Positions 1 through 8,889 of a DNA stretch of 23,415 nt are shown here, in pieces; position 1 is the stretch's first letter, and each line of letters begins with the position of its first letter. Both the position numbers and the translations under genes were made by a program. The DNA lies in contig JBCCQY010000148.1 of the NCBI GenBank assembly GCA_039208735.1, forward strand, positions 1-23,415, in the 5' to 3' direction. The notes under the pieces are model-generated. The model was given only the letters and a program-made list of their open reading frames with translations, had not been told where the DNA came from and made no database searches. Origin of the DNA: Myxococcota bacterium (GTDB lineage Bacteria; Myxococcota_A; UBA796; GCA-2862545).

Positions 1-189
1 GCGCCAGCCAAAGAACCCGTCGTCGTCCTCGAGCCACGCCTTGCGTTTGCCAAAGCGAACCGTGCCACGCGCCACGGCGACCACAAGCTGCGCGCCGTGG
101 ACCTTCTCGGTGGCCACCCAAGGGCCCCCGACCGTGGCTCCAGCCGCGTCAGGGCTTCGTGGAAGCTTGGGGAAGGCCCGAAAGTGCAC
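1..189 (-). CDS. RNA ligase, Rnl2-like nucleotidyltransferase family; 5' part only, runs off the window edge
   Basis: Not in the ORF track. Manual translation from GTG at 189 gives 63 open codons: MHFRAFPKLP...PWVATEKVHGAQLVVAVARGTVRFGKRKAWLEDDDGFFGWR. WVATEKVHG matches Rnl2 motif I (EKxHG, adenylylated Lys), followed by a motif Ia-like GKR. A purine-rich AAGAGAG lies upstream. Confidence 0.8.
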   Translation of the reverse strand, partial: MHFRAFPKLPRSPDAAGATVGGPWVATEKVHGAQLVVAVARGTVRFGKRKAWLEDDDGFFGWR

Positions 190-220
190 GCTCGACGCTC
201 TCTTCACGCCGATTGGTGCT

Positions 221-2293
221 CTAGGGGACGATGGCTCCGTCAGGGACCACCGCATCATCGGCGACGGTCGCGTCATATCGCACCAGCACGTCCGAGCCGA
301 TCTGGGCATTGAAACCGATCACACTCCGGTCCTGAAGTCGGGTTCGATCCCCCACGGTGGTGCCATCCCCCACCGCAACGTCGTGCCCCACTCGCAGCCC
401 AGACCCCATCTGGACGTTCTCACCTACGTAAACGCGTTCACGAAGGACCGAACAAGTGCCGATGGTCGTGCCATCGCCCACGTCGGCGTCATGGCCAATT
501 CGAACCGCCGCCTCGAGCACCACGTTCGCACCGATCGCGGCCCGGTTTCGGATCACCACGTGGTCACCGATGATGGCTGTAGGGTCGACGACCGCATCAC
601 TTGAGATGCTTGCGCTGATTGCGACACAAGCATCACCGAAGCCATCACTGTTCGCATCGGTTTGGTCGGCATTGCTGACCGTAGGACAGTTGTCGAAAAG
701 GTTGTCGACGCCGTCCCCGTCAGGATCGATGCGATCTGCCAGCCAGGCCCCGGCGAAGGTTGCCATGGCTGATTCATCGTGAGCAACCCCGGCCACTTCG
801 ACAATGTCCCATGCGAATGGCGTCCCGGCAGCAAGGGCCAGGCCTTCCGAGACCGCCAAGAAGTTGTAGGCGCGATCGTAGCGGTTGGTTCCCTGCAGGT
901 CGACATCGGTATTCCGGCGTAAATCCACCGCATTGGGGTCGTTGTCATCGCTGCCGATGTGCACCGTCAGATCCACCCCAAACCAATCGGGAGAGGCGAT
1001 CGCCGCGGGAGTCAGCCCAAACCCGTAGGGGAACGGTATTGCGGGGTCCGGAAGGGTGTACCAACCCGAGTTGGCGGGAATGACCTCACCGTAACGACCG
1101 TCGGGCAGGAACTCGACCAGCCGATGAAGGAACTGAGCGCCCGCTGAATGGCCCCATGCGTGGTAGACAGGCTGTTCGGATCCGATCCGGGCGGCGATTT
1201 CGTCAAACAGCGGCTCGATGATGGAAAAGGACCAATCCGATTCCACCCGCAATGTCGCTTGCGAGGGCGCATCCCCGTCCACAAACAGGCCACCGAAGTT
1301 GTAATTGTCGTCATTTGGGAAGTACTGACGGTTGAATCCCGGAGCGACCAGAACGAACCCGTACGTGTCGGCGGCCGCGATCCAGGCATCGCGTGTGTCT
1401 TCTGCGATGCGGCTTAGCGGATGGAACAGAAACACGATGGGGGACTTCGACGAGGTCGACGCCGGGAAGTGGTAGTACACATTGACGGGCTTGTCGGTGA
1501 ACCCTGGGGCGAAGTAAGCAAAGGAGCCGGTCCCCGCGATAGGCGCGTCGAATGCCGCCAGATCCACCTTGGTGCCTGGCGAAAACAGACGTGGACTGTG
1601 GCTTCCATGCTGGCTGTCGATGAAGCTCGCCGTGCTGAACGCGCCAAACAAGTCAGGGTCCAACGTGTAGGACTCATCGGGGTTGTTCGACAGCGCATCG
1701 GTGTCGACGAACTGGCGGGTCATCCCAAAGGCGTCCGCCACGTAGAACTCTTCTCCCGAGTTGTTGAGGCTCAGCGTGCCCGTTGACGCGGTTTGGACGG
1801 TGGCGTCGCCAAAGAAACCGGTGGGTGTACCGCCTCCGAATACGACCAGGGCCTGCGCAGGCTGAAGGACCGTGCCCATGGGCACGACATGTCGAGCTGA
1901 ACCGCCATCCGCCGGATCGGCGTCCCACAGACTGATGCCGGACAGGTCCAGAGCAACGTCCGCGACGTTGACGAGTTCCACAAACTCGTCGTCGAACGCG
2001 TCGCGCGTGCCATCACCATTGGCGTCTCCCGCAGCACCACTGGCGGGGTCGTATAGAATTTCGTTGACGACCAAAGCCGTCGACAGCGAGACGTCGCCAT
2101 CTTCGCAGTCATCGTCGATGCCGTTATCCGGAACCTCGGTTGCACCAGGGTTCACGGCAGGATTTCCGTCGTCGCAGTCGACGGCGGCGGCAAAACCATC
2201 CAGGTCTGCGTCGATCTCTTCGGCCAAGGACACCAACGGAAACAGGGCGAGTAACGCCCCAAGAGTCGAGGTAGGCAACAGAATCTCCGGCAT
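221..2293 (-). CDS. Secreted multidomain protein: MopE-type Asp/Cys repeat, lamin-tail domain, alpha/beta hydrolase, thrombospondin type-3 repeat and C-terminal hexapeptide beta-helix
   Basis: Signal peptide ending VSLA-EE. DLDGF..DCDDGNPAVNPGATEVPDNGIDDDC (MopE-type). LVVNEILYDP..DEFVELVN..SPG (lamin-tail domain). GHSAG nucleophile elbow at 1139-1153, with GSDD and GVAH as candidate Asp and His. DPDGDGVDNLFDNCPTVSNADQTDANSDGFGDAC (TSP3). About 130 aa of [IV]Gxxxx hexads at the C-terminus. Confidence 0.85.
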   Translation of the reverse strand: MPEILLPTSTLGALLALFPLVSLAEEIDADLDGFAAAVDCDDGNPAVNPGATEVPDNGIDDDCEDGDVSLSTALVVNEILYDPASGAAGDANGDGTRDAFDDEFVELVNVADVALDLSGISLWDADPADGGSARHVVPMGTVLQPAQALVVFGGGTPTGFFGDATVQTASTGTLSLNNSGEEFYVADAFGMTRQFVDTDALSNNPDESYTLDPDLFGAFSTASFIDSQHGSHSPRLFSPGTKVDLAAFDAPIAGTGSFAYFAPGFTDKPVNVYYHFPASTSSKSPIVFLFHPLSRIAEDTRDAWIAAADTYGFVLVAPGFNRQYFPNDDNYNFGGLFVDGDAPSQATLRVESDWSFSIIEPLFDEIAARIGSEQPVYHAWGHSAGAQFLHRLVEFLPDGRYGEVIPANSGWYTLPDPAIPFPYGFGLTPAAIASPDWFGVDLTVHIGSDDNDPNAVDLRRNTDVDLQGTNRYDRAYNFLAVSEGLALAAGTPFAWDIVEVAGVAHDESAMATFAGAWLADRIDPDGDGVDNLFDNCPTVSNADQTDANSDGFGDACVAISASISSDAVVDPTAIIGDHVVIRNRAAIGANVVLEAAVRIGHDADVGDGTTIGTCSVLRERVYVGENVQMGSGLRVGHDVAVGDGTTVGDRTRLQDRSVIGFNAQIGSDVLVRYDATVADDAVVPDGAIVP

Positions 2294-2492
2294 TTGTGGA
2301 AGCGAAGGCCCTTCCTGCGAGCGGGATTTGGTTTACCTCAGCCGACCCTGCGTTCTCGCCATTTCGGAAATCCCTATGCCACACCGCACCCCTCTGGCGG
2401 CTCCTTCAATCCCATCCTCATCTCGCCTCAACCACGTTCGGGACGATCGTGACGGCGCGCAGACATTCCCGCATCGACAATGCGGATTTTGA

Positions 2493-3527
2493 TCACCGCT
2501 CGCGTTCTGCGTTCCGCGCGCCTTCGACGACAATCTGCAGGCTTGCTTCCTCGAGCCACGGCACCTCCGGCATGTCAAGCTGCAGCCGGTGATCACGAAG
2601 CAACTGCCCATGAACCGCCGTGGAAAGTCGGCCTTCCGCGTACATGGGCGTCCGGCTCGACGACATCATCCCCCGAATGGCCACGTGGATGCTGTCCGCA
2701 GGAAATACGACCTCGGTCCCCTCCAAAGACGCCATCGTCGGCGTCTTGAGTTCGAGGACCAGGTCCCGAATCTCGACGGGTCCTTGCTGTGTCGGCAGCG
2801 TGAGCGACGGCGCTTTCAGCTGCAAGTGGTCAAGGCGAACCAACGAACCACTGACGACGAAGTCGCCAGTTCCGTTGATGGGGGCCTCGCCGCCCGAGCT
2901 ATGCATCATGCCGGTGGTCACCCCCGGGACGAACGGAGTGCAGGTATCGACCAGCTTGGGCGCTCCAAGGAAGTCGCACGCATGGGAATGGTGAATCGTG
3001 ACCGGGCTGTTCTGTACTCGGAAGTGGACACCTCCCTCACCGAAGACATCGAGCCAGGTGTAGACCTCTTGATCACACGCGTTCTGGCAAACTTCCTCGG
3101 CCATCGTCCTGCCCTCCGCGCACACGTCGAACCAGCCGGGGCGGGGCTCAACCGGGGGCATGGGATGCCACTCTCCCGATGCATCGTTGGGGGGTTCTGC
3201 CCCTGGCGCCACCTCCACACGGGACGGGCACTGCCAACGCCCTTGAGCCTCCCCGATCCCCTCGTCCAAGACGGCGTCCAGCCATGCGAAGTCAGCAAAA
3301 CAGGCGGGCGGAGCGCTCCACGAGCCCTCGGTCGGATCATGGCATCCGATCTCGACACACCGAAGCTCACAGGCCGCATCGGCAAGCCAATCGTAGGTCT
3401 CGAGGTGCACAGCATCGACACAGATGTCACCTACGTTGTCACAGGACACGATGTACCCGTCGTACGCTGGCGTAGTAATGCAGGCTCCACAGACAAGGAC
3501 GGCGGACAACAACATCGAGCGCTTCAT
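2493..3527 (-). CDS. Cys-rich hypothetical lipoprotein (344 aa)
   Basis: Start moved to ATG 3527, which has a perfect AAGGAGG 6 nt upstream (3534-3540). MKRSMLLSAVLVCGAC resembles a lipoprotein signal. There are 12 further Cys in the N-terminal 60%, then a beta-rich C-terminal domain. Confidence 0.75.
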   Translation of the reverse strand: MKRSMLLSAVLVCGACITTPAYDGYIVSCDNVGDICVDAVHLETYDWLADAACELRCVEIGCHDPTEGSWSAPPACFADFAWLDAVLDEGIGEAQGRWQCPSRVEVAPGAEPPNDASGEWHPMPPVEPRPGWFDVCAEGRTMAEEVCQNACDQEVYTWLDVFGEGGVHFRVQNSPVTIHHSHACDFLGAPKLVDTCTPFVPGVTTGMMHSSGGEAPINGTGDFVVSGSLVRLDHLQLKAPSLTLPTQQGPVEIRDLVLELKTPTMASLEGTEVVFPADSIHVAIRGMMSSSRTPMYAEGRLSTAVHGQLLRDHRLQLDMPEVPWLEEASLQIVVEGARNAERER

Positions 3528-3606
3528 GATGATCCTCCTTGGATGCATCAAAGCTAGGTTCGTGCCGGTCGCCAGAATGTGGCGAGTTGTGCCAGAGGGG
3601 GAAGTC

Positions 3607-5790
3607 GTGGTGTGGCTTTTGGGAATCCTGTGCGGCGTAGCCGGCCCGGTCACCGAAGAAGCGCAGATCGAACGCGCCGCGGCGTTTGCGAAGCTCTATG
3701 GCTACCTGCGTTGGTTCCACCCTTCAGACGAACTGCAGACCGTCGACCTCAATGCACTGGCCTGTGGCGGCATGGACGGCTTGGCATCAAAGCGTGAAGA
3801 CTGGCACGCAGCACTACAAGATCTCATCCGTCCCGTCGCGCCAACCGTGCAACTGTGGCTCGATGACGCGTCTGGGCCTTCACCCATCGTCACCCCGATT
3901 CCTCCGTCGCGCAGGTCCAAGCCTATCGCCTGGCGGCACCTGGGCCTCGGCCGACCCGAGTACCCAGGGCCCTACTGGTCGGCGCGGACCGGTGAGACGA
4001 CGACGCTGGTGCGCGATGGAGCGCGTCGGGGGGTTGTGCAGCAGTCAATGCCGGCAGATTCGCTACGGGGTCGTACCGTTCGGCTAAAGGCACGAGCCCT
4101 GCTCTCTCCGCGTTCGGCGGGACATCTCGACCTCTGGCTTCGCGCCGACGGACCTCGCCGGGCATTTGCCGACACCTCGAAGGCACCCATCGTCGAGCCG
4201 GAGTGGGGGGAGCACACCGTCACGCTCTCCATCCCGGCTGATGCGGAGCAATTCACATTCGGGGTGATGCTCGACGGGCAAGGCACCGGCGCGGTCGATG
4301 AGGTGCGACTGGAAGTGCGTAAGGGGCAACGATGGGTCTCGGTCTCCATCGTCAATGGCGACTTTGCCCGTGGCCTACGAGGATGGGAAGAAAAGGGCGA
4401 CGGCTACGCGTTCGAGGTGCGGCGGGCAAAGGGTGGGCGAATTCTCGAACTTCACCGAGAAGTTCGCCAGGTCAACCCTGGCTTGTCTCACACGGCCGCT
4501 CGCCCTGGCGATGCTGTCGAAGTCGACCTCGGGGCGGGGCTGCACGCCCGGTTACCCCTGGCGTTGTGGACCGAACGAGGTGCCACCCTGCCTAAAGGAC
4601 ACCCTTCCGAGAGGTGGGAAGCGCGCCTTCGTGCCAATCCCTGTCGGGATCCCGAGAACGCGGAGACCCGACTCGCCGCCGTGGGAGTGACCTGGGCCCT
4701 TTTCCAGCACTTCTTTCCGTATTTCGAAGACGTGGATGTCGACTGGGATGCCGCCTTGTCGACGGCACTCAGAGAGACCTTCAAGGTCGACCGTGGCGCC
4801 GACCTGGTGCCCGTTCTGGAGCGACTCGTCGCAAAGACGCGTGACGGGCACGGTCGCGTCCAGTCCTCGCGGTTTGGTCGATTCGGCTGGCTCCCGCTAG
4901 GGCTGTCCCTCATCGAGGACCAGCTGGTGGTGACTGCGTCGGAGACGCCAAAAATCCAGGTGGGCGAAGTGGTCACCGTGATCGATGGAGTACCGGTGGC
5001 CGTCGCCCTCGAGGACCAACGAAAGACGATCGCTGCATCAGACCAGCTCCTGAAGGTCAGTGCCGCGAGTCGGTTGAGTCGCAAGCCCTTGGGGGCGAAG
5101 GTCCCGGTTGAGCTTGGCAACCCGCCACGAACCGTCGTCCTTGAGGCCCTTCGGCGCTCCCCTCCGCCGCCCGAACGACCCAACGTCGAAGTGCTCGACG
5201 ACGGTGTCGTGTACCTCAATCTCAACCGCGCCCCGTGGACCGAGGTGGAAGCAGCGTTGCCGACCCTCGCTAATGCACCGGGCGTGGTCATCGACGTGCG
5301 GCGCTACCCGACGGATGCCGGGTATCGGCTTTTGCCCCACCTGATGGACGCACCCTGCCATCACGACTGGATGTGGCTCCCCGAAATCCATCGGCCCGAT
5401 CGTGTCGACTGGGGCTGGACCGGGTTGGGCTGGTCGATCGAGCCTGCGGAGCCGCACATCCAGGGCGCGGTGGTGTGGCTGACGACCCCGTTCGCCATCA
5501 GCTACGCAGAGTCCGTGCTCGGTCACGTCAAGGCCCACGATCTGGGGTCCGTCGTCGGGGGTCCAAGTGCGGGAACCAACGGCAACGTCAATCCGATTTT
5601 GGTTCCGGGAGACTACGAAATCGTCTGGACCGGCATGCGGGTGACCCAACACGACGGAACAAGGCATTTCGGTGTGGGGACGCGACCCGATGTTCCCGTG
5701 ACGCCCACGTTGGAAGCCGTGAGAGCCGGGCGCGATGTCTATCGAGACGCCGCGCTCGCCGAAGTTCGTCGACGCATCGCAGCTCCGTGA
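3607..5790 (+). CDS. S41 family (tail-specific/tricorn-like) serine peptidase with an inserted carbohydrate-binding-like domain and a PDZ-like segment
   Basis: LYGYLRWFHPS N-domain, W..FQHFFPYF, DGHG, GVVIDVRRYP, catalytic AISYAES, GPSAGTNGN, G.G.RPDVPV.PT. Start moved to GTG 3607 (GAGGGG upstream, then a short signal peptide); ATG 3577 is an alternative. The track start at 3424 overlaps the divergent gene. Confidence 0.88.
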   Translation: MVWLLGILCGVAGPVTEEAQIERAAAFAKLYGYLRWFHPSDELQTVDLNALACGGMDGLASKREDWHAALQDLIRPVAPTVQLWLDDASGPSPIVTPIPPSRRSKPIAWRHLGLGRPEYPGPYWSARTGETTTLVRDGARRGVVQQSMPADSLRGRTVRLKARALLSPRSAGHLDLWLRADGPRRAFADTSKAPIVEPEWGEHTVTLSIPADAEQFTFGVMLDGQGTGAVDEVRLEVRKGQRWVSVSIVNGDFARGLRGWEEKGDGYAFEVRRAKGGRILELHREVRQVNPGLSHTAARPGDAVEVDLGAGLHARLPLALWTERGATLPKGHPSERWEARLRANPCRDPENAETRLAAVGVTWALFQHFFPYFEDVDVDWDAALSTALRETFKVDRGADLVPVLERLVAKTRDGHGRVQSSRFGRFGWLPLGLSLIEDQLVVTASETPKIQVGEVVTVIDGVPVAVALEDQRKTIAASDQLLKVSAASRLSRKPLGAKVPVELGNPPRTVVLEALRRSPPPPERPNVEVLDDGVVYLNLNRAPWTEVEAALPTLANAPGVVIDVRRYPTDAGYRLLPHLMDAPCHHDWMWLPEIHRPDRVDWGWTGLGWSIEPAEPHIQGAVVWLTTPFAISYAESVLGHVKAHDLGSVVGGPSAGTNGNVNPILVPGDYEIVWTGMRVTQHDGTRHFGVGTRPDVPVTPTLEAVRAGRDVYRDAALAEVRRRIAAP

Positions 5791-5793
5791 CCG

Positions 5794-6471
5794 TCACGGT
5801 GGATCCACCTTGGGTGATGACTCGGGCTCGGGCGGCGGTGGAACTTCGGGAACGCGAGGCTCCTCCAGAGGCACCGACATGGGGTCGAAGCTCTGAATCT
5901 CTTCCTCGATCGCGCGCTCGCGGCGTTTGCGCCCTCCGACCGCTCCGCCCCGGAGGAACAACCCAAACCCGATCCCGCCGGTGAGCGACGCTTGACGCTC
6001 GAGAATGTAGTTCGGTCCGCCCTCGAGCCGAAACGTGAGGCCTACAGGACGCGTGAACCACCACACCCCACCGGCGGCAACGCGCGCAATGAGGCCGAAG
6101 CGGAATTCGGGGTCCTCGCTTAGGCTGTCGTCGGCCAACACAGCGCCTTCGACGGATATCCGCCAAAACGCCCCGGCCTTCAGCAGATCGACGCCACCGC
6201 CGAACTCTGGGCCCAGCGAGACGAGAGCCGTCTCGGGACCTGAAAGCACGGGTGCGGCCGAGACGGCCGACAGGCGCAGTCCCGCGCGGTTGTAGCGCCC
6301 GTACTGCAGCGTTGCTGTGTAGGGCCCCCAAAACGCCCCCCCTGCAATGCCGATAGCGCCTCCTCGAACGACCGGACCTGCAAAGTCGTTCCATGCGGCC
6401 CCCAAGGAAAGTTCGGCGTAGCCACCACCGCCACCTGCAAAAGCGAATGCGGTCCACAGCAGCCAAGTCAC
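5794..6471 (-). CDS. Hypothetical exported protein, possibly a small outer-membrane beta-barrel with a Pro/Glu-rich tail
   Basis: GTG start overlaps the upstream TGA (GTGA, 6468-6471). Short signal MTWLLWTAFAFA. Alternating Gly/aromatic beta-strand patterns up to GGIGFGLFL, then a charged and Pro-rich tail. Confidence 0.7.
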   Translation of the reverse strand: MTWLLWTAFAFAGGGGGYAELSLGAAWNDFAGPVVRGGAIGIAGGAFWGPYTATLQYGRYNRAGLRLSAVSAAPVLSGPETALVSLGPEFGGGVDLLKAGAFWRISVEGAVLADDSLSEDPEFRFGLIARVAAGGVWWFTRPVGLTFRLEGGPNYILERQASLTGGIGFGLFLRGGAVGGRKRRERAIEEEIQSFDPMSVPLEEPRVPEVPPPPEPESSPKVDPP

Positions 6472-8021
6472 GCGCGCTCCAGTCGCGTCAGGGACCGACG
6501 CGTCTCGAGGTAGCTGTAGGTGTCCTGTTCAACGGGGGCGAAACTGTAGCGTTGGCACGCCCCGTCTTCTTCGAGGTGCCAAGCCACGACGGTCGTCCCT
6601 TCGGGGTCTGCCTCAAGCGCCCAGATCAGTCGCTCAAAGCGGCCCGCGGCGCCGCTGTTGTAGTACCGACCGAGCGGCCCCGACGGCACGGTTCGAACCT
6701 CGTGGGTATGGCCGAGCACAAGGTCCGCATCGACCCGCCAGCGCTCGAGCCCCAGCACAACAGCCATCTCATCGAGATGGCGGAACTTGAAGAACTGCTT
6801 GCCGAGCATGGCTTGCTCGATGATCTTTTCGGGTTGGTAGACGCCGTACCGTGCGCTGGCTTGCCAGTTCTCGGCTGCATATTCCCAGGCGATGGGGTGA
6901 CCGAACAGCGCTTCCCATGCTTCGGCCCATTCGTCGACCGCACCATCGCCCGAAGCCAGCAGGGCGGTAGCCATGGCGCCGAGTGCTCCGCGGTTCCCGT
7001 GGCCGTGGGTCGACAAGCGGTTCGGAAAGCCCCCACGAAGAATGCGCGACACTTCGTGGGCGCCCCACGTACGGTCCGGGCCCTGGTACCACACGCCGAG
7101 GCACTCGCTGATGACTTCGCCGTACAGCGTTGCAATGCCGGGAGCCGTGGCCTGATCGAATTGATGACCATGCAGGATGGCCATGGGACGTTCACGGTCG
7201 ATGATGGCCACATCGACGGGCCGAACGAAGTCTTCGCCCGTCTTTAGCGCCTGCAGATTGTAGTCGTGGTTTCCCGCCACTCGGATGAGCTGGCCACTCG
7301 CATGCAGCTGCCGAAGCGTGTCGTAATAGGCCTGGTTTCCCGGCGCAGAACGGATAGCGTCATACTGGGCCTGGCGACGGGGAATGCGCGCCTGGACCAG
7401 CGCCTCAAAGGTCGCGACCGGGTTCGAGGCAATGCCTCGCAAAAGGTCTCGGGCGTGGCGCGTCCGCACCCGACGTCGAGACCCTCCGGTGAGCACCTCG
7501 GCGTAAAGCCCTTCCGTGACATCGGGTTCGAGGATGACCAAGTCTTCGATGTCGCCGTCTTCCACAACGGTCCAGTCGTTCTCGCCGTAGTGTTGCAGGA
7601 TGCGGGTGTAGCCATCGCGGTTGGCGCGCCAGACGCCGCTCTGACGATTTTCGTCCGGCAGGATGTGGTGGTCTGAGAAGATGACGACGCGCTCGGCGGA
7701 GGTGCGACGTACGGTGCGAAACCCCGGCTGTTCGGTCGGGCGATGGTCGAGCACCTCGTTCAGCCCGCGCATCCCCTTCTCGACGACCTGGTCGATGCTC
7801 GGCCAAGCGCCCAACTGCCGAATGGCTTGTTGTACGCGGAAGAGGCTGCGGAACGTCCGTTTGTCGCCCTGCAGGGCATAGCGTTCTGCCATTTCCAAGA
7901 ACAACGAGCGCTGCATCGAGGAGGCGAGGCCTGCTTCGGCGGGGGCCGGTACGCCTAGGGCGAGGAGCGCTCCGAGGCCTGTGAGCAGCTCACGTCGTTG
8001 AGCGTCCAGGTTTGCTTCCAT
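6468..8021 (-). CDS. Tat-exported calcineurin-like metallophosphoesterase (LpxH/YbbF-like motif set)
   Basis: Twin-arginine signal QRRELL...AEA. All five metallophosphoesterase motifs are present: FSDHH, GDIED, GNHD, HGH and GHTH. GGGAG lies upstream of the ATG. Confidence 0.85.
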   Translation of the reverse strand: MEANLDAQRRELLTGLGALLALGVPAPAEAGLASSMQRSLFLEMAERYALQGDKRTFRSLFRVQQAIRQLGAWPSIDQVVEKGMRGLNEVLDHRPTEQPGFRTVRRTSAERVVIFSDHHILPDENRQSGVWRANRDGYTRILQHYGENDWTVVEDGDIEDLVILEPDVTEGLYAEVLTGGSRRRVRTRHARDLLRGIASNPVATFEALVQARIPRRQAQYDAIRSAPGNQAYYDTLRQLHASGQLIRVAGNHDYNLQALKTGEDFVRPVDVAIIDRERPMAILHGHQFDQATAPGIATLYGEVISECLGVWYQGPDRTWGAHEVSRILRGGFPNRLSTHGHGNRGALGAMATALLASGDGAVDEWAEAWEALFGHPIAWEYAAENWQASARYGVYQPEKIIEQAMLGKQFFKFRHLDEMAVVLGLERWRVDADLVLGHTHEVRTVPSGPLGRYYNSGAAGRFERLIWALEADPEGTTVVAWHLEEDGACQRYSFAPVEQDTYSYLETRRSLTRLERA

Positions 8022-8124
8022 GGAAAGCTCCCAGGTTCCGTGGGTTTGAGGCCAACGCGGGGGGGCTTAACGTCGATGGGGCAAATCTTGAATGGTGTTC
8101 GGCCTCGAACTTCCGGATGCGCGG

Positions 8125-8781
8125 CTATTCTCGCGACCAGCTCTGCAGCGCCTCCTCGGCGGCATCGGGGACCAACAGCCCGAGCAGCATCATGCGGATG
8201 GACTGAGTCACGAAGCGTGCATCGAGGTCCTCGACTTCAAGCTCGACCCCGTAAGCGCGGATTTCTTCCCGGCGCTCCCAATACCCTTTGAACATTGCAT
8301 CCATGCTCAGCAGCGCGATGTCGACGTCGACGTCGGGGCGCAGACGGCCCGAGTCGTGGAAGTGCTGGAGCCGGGCCCGGACGTGCTGCGTGATCGCGAC
8401 GGCGGACGCCGACGGGGCGAGGGGGCGTCCCTCGAGCCGCGCCCAGGCGCCGAGTCGCATGAGGTCGCGGTGCTGACCCAGCCACTCGAACAACACGACC
8501 AGCCCGTGGGTGAAGAAGCGCAAATCGTCCATGGGCCGTGACCACTGCTCGATCTGCGCATCCTCATAATCCGACACTGCCGCCTCGAGAACGGCGTCAA
8601 ACAGCGCGTCCTTGGACCCGAAGTAGTGGTGGAGAAGCGGCTGGGTGACCCCCGCTCGACGTGCGATCTCACGGGTGGTCGTCGCGGCGAGACCGCGCTC
8701 TGCGAAGCAATCGCGAGCGGCGCGGAGGATGGTGTCGCGGGTGGCGAGGGCGCGAGGAGACAGAGTCCGGGTTTCGGTCAT
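8125..8781 (-). CDS. TetR/AcrR family transcriptional regulator
   Basis: TRDTILRAARDCFAERGLAATTTREIARRAGVTQPLLHHYFGSKDALF is a canonical TetR HTH. Start moved to ATG 8781 (MTETRT). Confidence 0.93.
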   Translation of the reverse strand: MTETRTLSPRALATRDTILRAARDCFAERGLAATTTREIARRAGVTQPLLHHYFGSKDALFDAVLEAAVSDYEDAQIEQWSRPMDDLRFFTHGLVVLFEWLGQHRDLMRLGAWARLEGRPLAPSASAVAITQHVRARLQHFHDSGRLRPDVDVDIALLSMDAMFKGYWERREEIRAYGVELEVEDLDARFVTQSIRMMLLGLLVPDAAEEALQSWSRE

Positions 8782-8889
8782 GCAAACCGGTATCGATTCA
8801 GCGGAGGGCCCCCCACACAACAACGCAACAAGCTTGGAATCCAGCGCACCGCGGTGCCAAACACCTACGGGATGCGATCCACCACGGGA

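Noticed and set aside
221..615. Hexapeptide region as a stand-alone LpxA/DapH-type acyltransferase gene
   Set aside because: It is in frame at the C-terminus of a signal-peptide protein, has no separate start, and shows no recognisable catalytic context.
3339..3359. CVEIGCH (CX4CH) in the Cys-rich lipoprotein as a heme c site
   Set aside because: A single non-canonical motif among 12 Cys with no CXXCH; disulfides are the simpler explanation.
8045..8109. Imperfect inverted repeat (TTTGAGGCCAAC...GTTCGGCCTCGAA) as a riboswitch or TetR operator
   Set aside because: A bulged stem around a 40-nt loop with no recognisable aptamer motif; compatible with chance at this GC content.
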